Notes under the pieces: model-generated
What the model was told of the DNA's origin: nothing
Seen by the model: the letters and a program-made list of their open reading frames with translations, nothing else
Database searches by the model: none
In this document: piece by piece, positions 1-8,386 of the stretch
How positions within the stretch are numbered: position 1 is the stretch's first letter
Layout of the letters: each line of letters opens with the position of its first letter
Position numbers and translations under genes: made by a program
Assembly: GCA_017937305.1 (NCBI GenBank)
Contig: JAGBDV010000002.1
Span: forward strand, 68,405-132,404
DNA length: 64,000 nt
Direction: 5' to 3'
Source of the DNA: Bacilli bacterium
GTDB taxonomy: Bacteria; Bacillota_I; Bacilli_A; ML615J-28; CAG-313

Positions 1-141
1 AAGTCCAGTAGGATTACAAAATGTTTTTACTACTTCAACTTCATTAAGTAATTCTTCTGGTGTTGCGTGGGGAATGAGTCCAGATGAAGTTTTAATGCAC
101 GCAATAGTTCCACCAGTTGTAATTAATAATATTTTTTTCAT
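1..141 (-). CDS. ansA: L-asparaginase (type I), 5' part, truncated by the window edge
   Basis: Manual translation of the minus strand from the ATG at 141 gives MKKILLITTGGTIACIKTSSGLIPH..., with the TGGTIA asparaginase motif. SD AGGTGA overlaps the stop of the upstream gene. Confidence 0.85.
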   Translation of the reverse strand, partial: MKKILLITTGGTIACIKTSSGLIPHATPEELLNEVEVVKTFCNPTGL

Positions 142-150
142 GTTATTCAC

Positions 151-813
151 CTAGTTAATTTTATCAATAAGTTCTTGATAATCTTTTATATAAAAATTAG
201 CTATTTCTAGTTTTTCTTTTTCTTCTTTACAAGTTTGTTCATAAACTGCACATGTAATAAAACCAGCTTTACTTGCGGTATTTAAAGCCATTAATAAATC
301 CTCAAATACCATACAATTAGATATATCTACTCCTAATTTTTTAGCTGCTTCTAAATATATAGTTGGTTTATCTTTACCATCTTTAAAATGATTAACTTCT
401 AGGATAAAATCAAATAAATCATATATACCATTTCTTTCTAAACATTTCTTATAACAATCTTCATCATTAGCTGTTGCAGCACAAAATGGAATATTATGCT
501 CTTTTAATAACATTAAGAATTCTTTTACATGAGGTTTTAAAACTACTTCATTAGCGTATAGTTCTAAAACACCATTTTTCCATTCTTTGATTATATCTTC
601 TTTTTTCTCATTTAAATTAAATCTTTTAATTGTATATTCTGCAGCTTTATCAAGACCAATATGTCCAATTGCTTCTTGATAATCTTTTGGCATTTCCATA
701 TTTCTTTTTGAGAAAAATCTAATATCAACCTCTCCCCAAATTCCACATGAATCAATGAGTGTGCCATCTATATCAAATATAACGCCTTTTATTTCTAAAT
801 TATCTATTTTCAT
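151..813 (-). CDS. HAD-family phosphatase (beta-PGM/Gph-like)
   Basis: Motif I FDIDGTLIDS, a KP motif and FED motif IV. Confidence 0.85.
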   Translation of the reverse strand: MKIDNLEIKGVIFDIDGTLIDSCGIWGEVDIRFFSKRNMEMPKDYQEAIGHIGLDKAAEYTIKRFNLNEKKEDIIKEWKNGVLELYANEVVLKPHVKEFLMLLKEHNIPFCAATANDEDCYKKCLERNGIYDLFDFILEVNHFKDGKDKPTIYLEAAKKLGVDISNCMVFEDLLMALNTASKAGFITCAVYEQTCKEEKEKLEIANFYIKDYQELIDKIN

Positions 814-924
814 ATTATACCTCGAATTTATTCTATTATACCATATAATGGAAGTTTTTAACTTAAATTAAATATTTTTTTAAAATAAAAGAGCAATTTT
901 AATATCTCACGCGATTATATAAAA

Positions 925-954
925 AAACATCTATAGATTTCTCTATAGATGTTT
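925..954 (-). terminator. Intrinsic terminator after gap
   Basis: Inverted repeat AAACATCTATAGA/TCTATAGATGTTT with a flanking A run (U tract on the minus strand). Confidence 0.8.
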
Positions 955-963
955 AGTTTTTAA

Positions 964-2037
964 TTAGCAGTTTTCTGCAAAGTATTTGATTGTTCTAACC
1001 ATTTGGCTAGTGTATGAGTTTTCATTGTCATACCAAGAAACTACTTGAACTTGATATAAGCCATTTCCAAGTGGAGCAACCATAGTTTGAGTAGCATCAA
1101 ATAATGAACCAAATCTCATACCAATTACATCTGAAGAAACGATTGGATCTTCATTGTAACCATAAGATTCGCTAGCAGCAGCTTTCATAGCAGCATTGAT
1201 AGCTTCTTTAGTAACGTCTTCACCTTTAACAACAGCTGTTAAAATAGTTGTTGAACCTGTAGGAACTGGAACACGTTGTGCAGCACCGATTAATTTACCA
1301 TTAAGTTCAGGAATAACTAAACCGATTGCTTTAGCAGCACCTGTTGAGTTAGGAACGATGTTAGCAGCACCAGCACGAGCTCTTCTTAAATCACCTTTTC
1401 TATGTGGTCCATCAAGAATCATTTGGTCACCAGTATAAGCATGAATAGTAGCCATGATACCAGATTGAATTTCTGCATAATCATTTAAAGCTTTAGCCAT
1501 AGGAGCTAAACAGTTAGTTGTACAAGAAGCAGCAGAGATAATGTTGTCTTCTTTAGTTAAGATGTTTTCGTTAACACCATAAACAACTGTTGGTAAATCA
1601 TTTCCAGCAGGAGCAGAAATAACTACTTTCTTAGCACCAGCATCGATGTGAGCTTGTGATTTAGCTTTTGAACAATAGAAACCAGTACATTCTAATACTA
1701 CATCTACGTCTAATTCTCCCCAAGGAAGATTTTGTGCTTTAGGTTCAGCATAAATTGTAATTTCTTTTCCATCTACAGTAATAGATCCTGGAACAACTAC
1801 AGTTTTGCCATCTTCAGCAAATTCAGGTTCTTTTGAAGAAACTGTGTGTAAGTTTTCACCGATGTAACCAGCATAACCACCTTGTGCAGTGTCATACTTT
1901 AATAAGTTTGCAAGCATTTTAGGACTAGTTAAGTCATTGATAGCTACGATTTCGTAACCTTCTGCACCAAACATTTGTCTGAATGCTAAACGACCAATAC
2001 GACCAAATCCATTAATCGCTACTTTTACATTTGCCAT
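964..2037 (-). CDS. gap: Type I glyceraldehyde-3-phosphate dehydrogenase
   Basis: INGFGRIGR, catalytic [15 protein letters not shown]; AGGAGG SD. Confidence 0.98.
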   Translation of the reverse strand: MANVKVAINGFGRIGRLAFRQMFGAEGYEIVAINDLTSPKMLANLLKYDTAQGGYAGYIGENLHTVSSKEPEFAEDGKTVVVPGSITVDGKEITIYAEPKAQNLPWGELDVDVVLECTGFYCSKAKSQAHIDAGAKKVVISAPAGNDLPTVVYGVNENILTKEDNIISAASCTTNCLAPMAKALNDYAEIQSGIMATIHAYTGDQMILDGPHRKGDLRRARAGAANIVPNSTGAAKAIGLVIPELNGKLIGAAQRVPVPTGSTTILTAVVKGEDVTKEAINAAMKAAASESYGYNEDPIVSSDVIGMRFGSLFDATQTMVAPLGNGLYQVQVVSWYDNENSYTSQMVRTIKYFAENC

Positions 2038-2216
2038 TTTTATATTCCTCCTAATTAATTATAAATTTATAAAATGGTTTTACAATATATATTTTACCAC
2101 TTTTTGTAAAATTATTCAATTGTTTTACTTATTTACAAAATGATATATATTTTATTAATGCATCTTTTTCTTTTATTTGTCAAAAAGTGTTATAATTATT
2201 ATTACGAGGTGATATA

Positions 2217-3602
2217 TTGACAAGTAGTATAAAACAAAAAAGATATGAAGTAGAAATGATTAATGGAAACATTTTTAAAAATATGATTAAATATTGTATC
2301 CCATTAATGCTTACTGGCATATTACAACTTTTATATAACGCTGCCGACTTAATTGTTGTATCTAACTTTAGTAATGATCCATCTGCTTTAGGGGCTGTTG
2401 GTTCTACTGGTAGTTTAACTGCGCTAGTAGTTAATTTATTTATGGGATTATCAGTAGGTACTAACGTTCTTGCTGCAAGAAAATATGCAGTAGGTGATGC
2501 TGAAGGAATGAAAAAAGTTGTTCATACATCAGTATTAGTTAGCGTACTTATTGGTGTGGTTGTAGGTTTATTTGGATTTATTTCTGCTAGATGGTTATTA
2601 GATATGATGAGTAATCCTCTACCTAAAGCAGTTACATATATAAGAATATATTTTATAGGACTTCCTTTTATGCTTTTATATAATTTTGCTGCTGCAATCT
2701 TAAGAGGTATAGGTGATACAAAACGACCACTTTTCTTTCTTGCAATAAGCGGACTAGTAAATGTGGTTCTTAATTTATTCTTTGTAATTGTTTGTGGCAT
2801 GAGTGTTGAGGGTGTTGCTATCGCAACAGTTGCATCGCAAGTTATATCATGTATTATGATAATGTATTGTCTAATTAAAACAAAAGAAAGCTATCATTTT
2901 GGTTTTAAAGATTTAAAAATTAGCCGAAAAGAACTAATTGGAATGCTAAAGATTGGTCTTCCTGCTGGTATTCAAAGTTCATTATTCTCTATATCAAACG
3001 TATTAATTCAATCATCAATTAATAAATTTGGTGGAGCAGTTATGAACGGTAATACTGCTGCAAATTCACTAGATGGATTTGTTTATACTGGTATGAACTC
3101 TGTATATCATGCATCAATTGCTTTTACTAGTCAAAATGTTGCTGCTAATAAAAAAGAAAATTTACGTAAAGTTTTACTTTATGCATTACTTCTTGTGTTT
3201 ATTATAGGAATACTACTTGGTGGAGGATTTTATATCTTTGGAAATACTTTATTAAAAATATATACACAAGATCCATTTGAAATTAAAGTTGCTTACCTAA
3301 AAATGACTTATTTATGTCTTCCATATTTCTTATTTGGTATGATGGATGTTGTAAGTGGTAGTATTAGGGGTATGGGGAATTCTTTAGTTCCAATGATTAC
3401 TTCTATTATTGGTATATGTGTAGTAAGGGTACTTTGGATATATCTAATATTTAATCCTAATACTAACTTTACTGATTATAAAGATTTAAGTATTTTATTT
3501 ATTTCATATCCTATTTCATGGATTGCAACACTCGTTGCTAATTTAATAACATATATAATTGTATCTAAAAAAGTAAAACAAAAGATGTGTATAGTGAATT
3601 AA
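2217..3602 (+). CDS. MATE family efflux transporter
   Basis: About 12 TM segments; LQLLYNAADLIVV and RGIGDTKRPL motifs. Confidence 0.92.
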   Translation: MTSSIKQKRYEVEMINGNIFKNMIKYCIPLMLTGILQLLYNAADLIVVSNFSNDPSALGAVGSTGSLTALVVNLFMGLSVGTNVLAARKYAVGDAEGMKKVVHTSVLVSVLIGVVVGLFGFISARWLLDMMSNPLPKAVTYIRIYFIGLPFMLLYNFAAAILRGIGDTKRPLFFLAISGLVNVVLNLFFVIVCGMSVEGVAIATVASQVISCIMIMYCLIKTKESYHFGFKDLKISRKELIGMLKIGLPAGIQSSLFSISNVLIQSSINKFGGAVMNGNTAANSLDGFVYTGMNSVYHASIAFTSQNVAANKKENLRKVLLYALLLVFIIGILLGGGFYIFGNTLLKIYTQDPFEIKVAYLKMTYLCLPYFLFGMMDVVSGSIRGMGNSLVPMITSIIGICVVRVLWIYLIFNPNTNFTDYKDLSILFISYPISWIATLVANLITYIIVSKKVKQKMCIVN

Positions 3603-3624
3603 TTCACTTACACATCTTTTTTAT

Positions 3625-3939
3625 TTATTTTAATAACTCTTCTAACAACAATGGTATATCTTCAACTAATGTTTCGTATAAGGTATCTTGAATAATACCT
3701 TCGTAATTATGAACAATTACATTTCTCATACCGATTATTCGTTTCCAATCAATATTACATTTTTCTTTTATTTCTTTTGAAAGTTTTTTTGCATGTTCAG
3801 CTATTTGTAAAATTAGAAAAGAACTAGAATAAACTAATGCCTCATTATTTACAAATTCATCAAAACTTTTCACAGTACTTATATTCTCAATTAACCAATT
3901 ACAATATTCAACTATTTTTATTAAATTTTTGTCTTTCAT
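3625..3939 (-). CDS. hepT: HepT-like HEPN ribonuclease toxin (DUF86)
   Basis: RNVIVHNY matches the RX4HXY HEPN motif; overlaps the upstream nucleotidyltransferase gene. Confidence 0.85.
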   Translation of the reverse strand: MKDKNLIKIVEYCNWLIENISTVKSFDEFVNNEALVYSSSFLILQIAEHAKKLSKEIKEKCNIDWKRIIGMRNVIVHNYEGIIQDTLYETLVEDIPLLLEELLK

Positions 3940-4417
3940 AAATTACTATCCCCGTTTTTCTTATTTCTAAATCTACTTTAGAGTCTTTGATAATTGATGT
4001 ATCTCTAATTAAATCAATTTCTCTATTAAATAATTCTTCTAAATCTTGAGCAAGTCCATAAAACGCTAGACCTTTAAGTGAAGTTGTAACAACTAAATCG
4101 ATATCACTTGTTGGTTTAGCAAATCCTTTTGCGTAAGAACCAAATAAAATAATTTTTGATATATCATATTTATTAACAACACCTCCTAATTTTTTTTTAA
4201 TCATTGTAAATGAATAAACCCCGCCCTTGTCTTTAATTTCTTGTTCTTTATAATAATTTAACAGTTCATCTACAACCAAATCAATTGTCCATTCAGCTGG
4301 CACCCTTGCGCCTTCTTCCCAATTCTGAAATGTTCTTAAGGGAATACCTAAATATGAGCTGGCTTCTTTTTGAGTAAGATTTAAATTTAATCGAACTTGT
4401 TTTAATATAGATGACAT
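3908..4417 (-). CDS. mntA: XRE-HTH / minimal nucleotidyltransferase (MntA-like antitoxin) fusion
   Basis: N-terminal LTQKEAS..LGIPLRTFQNWEEG HTH; C-terminal GSYAKGFAKPTSDID (GSX10DXD). Start moved to ATG 4417, which follows a GGAGGA SD. Confidence 0.82.
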   Translation of the reverse strand: MSSILKQVRLNLNLTQKEASSYLGIPLRTFQNWEEGARVPAEWTIDLVVDELLNYYKEQEIKDKGGVYSFTMIKKKLGGVVNKYDISKIILFGSYAKGFAKPTSDIDLVVTTSLKGLAFYGLAQDLEELFNREIDLIRDTSIIKDSKVDLEIRKTGIVIYERQKFNKNS

Positions 4418-4436
4418 ATATCTATCCTCCATTAAC

Positions 4437-4465
4437 ATTATATCACTCATTGAGTGTTTTGTCAA
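4437..4465 (-). promoter_or_regulatory. Consensus sigma-A promoter with a palindromic operator in the spacer (TA operon)
   Basis: Minus strand TTGACA-17 bp-TATAAT; the spacer contains the inverted repeat CACTCA-A-TGAGTG (4444-4456). Confidence 0.8.
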
Positions 4466-4504
4466 GCATTTTTTTGAAAAAAAGTAATTAGAGAATATCT
4501 CTAA

Positions 4505-6355
4505 TTACTTAATTGAATTATCCATTTGTTCTTTGATAAATTGTTTTTTATAAAGGTTATAATAGATTCCTTCTTGAATTAATAATTCTTTGTGAGTACC
4601 AGATTCTTTTATTTCTCCATCTTTAATTACTAGGATTTTATCTGCATCAATAATAGTAGATAATCTATGTGCAACAATGAATGTTGTTCTTCCTTTCATA
4701 AAGTTGTTCATAACACCTTGAATTAGTTTTTCTGTTTCAGTGTCAATTGAAGATGTTGCTTCATCAAGGATTAATATTTTAGGATCTTTAATTATAGCAC
4801 GCGCAAAGCTTATTAATTGTCTTTGTCCAAGGGATAGTTTAGAACCACCTTCTCCAACTAAAGTATCATATCCATCTTTTAAAGATGTAATAAATTCATG
4901 AGCTTGAGCTTTTTTAGCGGCATCTATTATTTCATCCATGCTAGCATCAAGTTTCCCATAGGCGATGTTTTCTTTAATTGTTCCATTAAATAAGTGTGGT
5001 GTTTGAAGTACATAACCAATATTTTCATGTAAATGGTTAATACTTCTTTCTTTATAGTTTTTATTGTCAATATATATTTCACCACTAGTTGGTTCATAGA
5101 ATCTACAAAGAAGATTAATAATTGTAGATTTACCTGCACCTGTTGTACCTACTAATGCAACTACTTCTCCTTTATTGACTTTTAGGTTAAAGTTCTTTAA
5201 TACTACTTCTTTTTGTGTATAAGAGAAGGTTACATCTTTAAATTCTACATTACCTTCTAAGTCTTCCCAATTTTCGCGTTTAGGGCTCAAAATAGTGCCA
5301 TAAATCGCTTTTACTTCTTCAGTGTCATAAATATCTACTTTAGTTTCAATTAAATCAATAATTCTTTCAGCACTTGCTTGTGCTTGTTGTAAATCTGATA
5401 ATACTCTTGCAATAGCCATTACAGGATCAAAGAATAGTGTTGTGTAGTTTATAAATAAGTATAATACTTCTACAGTTATTGATATTCCAGCAATGTAACC
5501 TAAAATACCACCACTACCAATTCCAAGCGTAAGTCCCACACCAACATATCCCATTGCAAGAACAATTGGCCAGAAAAGACTTGATCTAAATATTGCTTTT
5601 AATGACTCTTTTTTCATTGTGCTAGTTAGTGTTTTAAATTCATTATATCTTGAATCTTCTAAACAAAGTGTTTTTGTTGTTTTAGCACCTAGAATAGATT
5701 CATTAAAGCTTGCAGTAATTTTAGAATTTGTTTTTCTTACACTACGATATGCTTTTAAAATTGTTTTTGTAAAGAATACACAAACAACAAACATAATTGG
5801 AGTAATAAAAGTAATAATAAGTGCTAATTTCCAATTTGTAATATATATCATTACAAGTACCCCAAGCATTGTAAATACTGCCCAGAATAAATCTACCATT
5901 CCCCAAGAAATAATTTCTGATAATTTTCTTGAATCACTTGTAAGTCTAGCCATTATCCAACCTGAAGGTGTTTTATCATAATATGAGAATGGAAGTTCTT
6001 GTAATTTTTCAAAAGCTTCTTTTCTAATCTCATATCCAACCTCTACTTCAACATGGCCTGCCTGTCGTAAAAACAAATAGATTGTAACCATATAAAGTAA
6101 AGCACCAAGTACGTACAATCCAATAAATATCCACTTTTTAGAAAAGTCAGGGTTTTCACTAAAGAATACTTTAATTACTTCTGCATTAAGTAGTGGAGTA
6201 AGTACATCAAGAGCTGCAAGCATAATAACAGATATAATCATTATTATGATGTGCTTTTTTCTTTTTAGAACAAGTTTAATAATTTTTTTCCAAACAGAAG
6301 ATGATAATTTGGAAGGTTTATCGTCTAATTCTTCATATTCTAATTCATCGTTCAT
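4505..6355 (-). CDS. ABC exporter ATP-binding/permease subunit (heterodimer half 2)
   Basis: TMD plus NBD; Walker A GTTGAGKST, LSLGQRQ, ILDEATS. Confidence 0.93.
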   Translation of the reverse strand: MNDELEYEELDDKPSKLSSSVWKKIIKLVLKRKKHIIIMIISVIMLAALDVLTPLLNAEVIKVFFSENPDFSKKWIFIGLYVLGALLYMVTIYLFLRQAGHVEVEVGYEIRKEAFEKLQELPFSYYDKTPSGWIMARLTSDSRKLSEIISWGMVDLFWAVFTMLGVLVMIYITNWKLALIITFITPIMFVVCVFFTKTILKAYRSVRKTNSKITASFNESILGAKTTKTLCLEDSRYNEFKTLTSTMKKESLKAIFRSSLFWPIVLAMGYVGVGLTLGIGSGGILGYIAGISITVEVLYLFINYTTLFFDPVMAIARVLSDLQQAQASAERIIDLIETKVDIYDTEEVKAIYGTILSPKRENWEDLEGNVEFKDVTFSYTQKEVVLKNFNLKVNKGEVVALVGTTGAGKSTIINLLCRFYEPTSGEIYIDNKNYKERSINHLHENIGYVLQTPHLFNGTIKENIAYGKLDASMDEIIDAAKKAQAHEFITSLKDGYDTLVGEGGSKLSLGQRQLISFARAIIKDPKILILDEATSSIDTETEKLIQGVMNNFMKGRTTFIVAHRLSTIIDADKILVIKDGEIKESGTHKELLIQEGIYYNLYKKQFIKEQMDNSIK

Positions 6356-6356
6356 A

Positions 6357-8159
6357 CTACTTAACCTCCTTTTCTACAAGATTTAAGAACTCTTCTTCCA
6401 AAGCTCCTTGAATCTTCCAAAGGGAAGCATATAATCCATCTTTATTAGATAATTCTGCATGTGTTCCAATATCTGCGATATTACCATTTTCTAAAACAAT
6501 TATTTTATCTGCTTCTTTTGCAGTAGTGATTCTATGAGTAATAATAATTGTTGTTGTTTCTTTACTATTAGTTTTAATTGAGTTTCTAATAGATTGATCA
6601 GTTTCAGTATCAACCGCACTTAGTGAGTCATCAAATATTAATACAGGTTTATTTAGAATTAGCATTCTTGCAATAGCTAATCTTTGTTTTTGACCACCAG
6701 AAAGTGTAACACCTTTTTCTCCAACTAAAGTTTCATATTTTTTATCAAAGTTTAAGATATCAGTATGAACATGTGCCATTTTTGTTGCTTTATATACATC
6801 ATCAATAGTTTTATTTGGTGAAGAGATTCTTACATTTTCTAAGATATTTTTGTTATATAAGAATGGATCTTGTAAAACAATACCAATATGATCTCTTAAC
6901 CATTTTTTATCAATATCTTTTAATTCTACTCCATCTATTAAAATACTACCACTAGTATATTCTAACATTCTTTCTAATATATGAACAATTGTCGATTTAC
7001 CGCAACCAGTTTTACCTACTATTGCGATTGTTTCACCAGCTTTAATATCAAATGTAATATTATTAAGTAATTCATTATCGGCATCTTCAAATTTAAAGCA
7101 TACATTCTTAAAGGAAATATTTCCTTTAATTTCTGGTTTAAGAGTTCCATTTATAATAAACTCGTCATCTTTAGATAAGATTTCATCAACACGTTTTGCT
7201 GCAACAATTGATTTACCAAAATCACCAATGATTCTTCCAAGTGATCTAATTGGATATACTAACATTGAAATATAACTAATACATACAACAATATCACCGA
7301 CACCGACTAAGTTTTGTTCTGCAAGAAATATACAATAACCTATTGTAACAGCATATTGTAAAATTGTAATACCATCACTAAATCCCCAGAAGTAAGCCAT
7401 TGCTTTATTTAAGTGTTCTACTTCTTCTTTATAAACTGTATTCTTTTTGTCAAATTTTTCTATTTCTTCTAATTCATTTGCAAATGCTTTTACAACACGT
7501 GCACCATTAACATTTTCTTCAATACACGTAATCATATTAGCTTCAACTTTTTCTATTTCATCAAATTTTTTACTTACATATTTAAAATAAATTGCACTCG
7601 CAATAAAATTAACTGGAATTACACATAAAGTTATAAGCATTATACCAACATTGATTGAAGCCATTTGAACAGCTCCAGAAATTAGTGATGCAAAGATATA
7701 TAAGATTTGTGGAAGTTGATTACTTAAAAATCCTTTAATCGTTTCAATATCAGAAGTACATCTTTGAATTAAATCTCCACTATCAACATTGTTATGATAA
7801 CTATACGATAAATTTCCAATATGTCTAAATAATTTATTACGCATATTTAGTGATATACCTTCAGCATACACACCTTTTAAATAACCATTCAATAGCATTA
7901 AACCACCACGAATAATTTGGAAGAGTACAAGTGTTACTGCAACGATAATAACACTTTTAATTGGTTCAAAGCTATTAAAGAAATTTATTAAAAAACTTGG
8001 TAATGTATTTACTGAATCTTTTTGTTCTAAAATGTTATCAAATACATACTTAATAAATTGTGGAACATACGAATATGTAACTGGAACTATGATTGTTAAT
8101 AAACAAATTATAAGAAGAATAAGAATAAAAGGCTTTGCCCATTTTAGTAATTTTTTCAT
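6357..8159 (-). CDS. ABC exporter ATP-binding/permease subunit (heterodimer half 1, degenerate site)
   Basis: TMD plus NBD; GKTGCGKST, LSGGQKQR, Walker B followed by D (FDDSLSAVD). Confidence 0.93.
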   Translation of the reverse strand: MKKLLKWAKPFILILLIICLLTIIVPVTYSYVPQFIKYVFDNILEQKDSVNTLPSFLINFFNSFEPIKSVIIVAVTLVLFQIIRGGLMLLNGYLKGVYAEGISLNMRNKLFRHIGNLSYSYHNNVDSGDLIQRCTSDIETIKGFLSNQLPQILYIFASLISGAVQMASINVGIMLITLCVIPVNFIASAIYFKYVSKKFDEIEKVEANMITCIEENVNGARVVKAFANELEEIEKFDKKNTVYKEEVEHLNKAMAYFWGFSDGITILQYAVTIGYCIFLAEQNLVGVGDIVVCISYISMLVYPIRSLGRIIGDFGKSIVAAKRVDEILSKDDEFIINGTLKPEIKGNISFKNVCFKFEDADNELLNNITFDIKAGETIAIVGKTGCGKSTIVHILERMLEYTSGSILIDGVELKDIDKKWLRDHIGIVLQDPFLYNKNILENVRISSPNKTIDDVYKATKMAHVHTDILNFDKKYETLVGEKGVTLSGGQKQRLAIARMLILNKPVLIFDDSLSAVDTETDQSIRNSIKTNSKETTTIIITHRITTAKEADKIIVLENGNIADIGTHAELSNKDGLYASLWKIQGALEEEFLNLVEKEVK

Positions 8160-8323
8160 AATAGTCTCCTTTTTTATTTTCTTATTTATCTAAAATAAAA
8201 TTTTTTACTTATTCATGATTACCACCTCTAATTATTTCTATTATATCAAAATGGTATTTAGTTTACAATCATTATACAATCAATAGGCCTTAATTATAAA
8301 ATTATGTTCTTGTGTAAATAAAT

Positions 8324-8361
8324 GGAAAACGTTTGCAAAGTACATATATATATGGTATATT
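8324..8361 (+). promoter_or_regulatory. Promoter of amidase lipoprotein 1 with a cre/LacI-type operator over the -35
   Basis: GGAAAACGTTTGCA overlaps TTGCAA; 17 bp spacer; extended -10 TGG-TATATT. Confidence 0.55.
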
Positions 8362-8386
8362 ATTATAGTAAAGGAGAATATGATAA

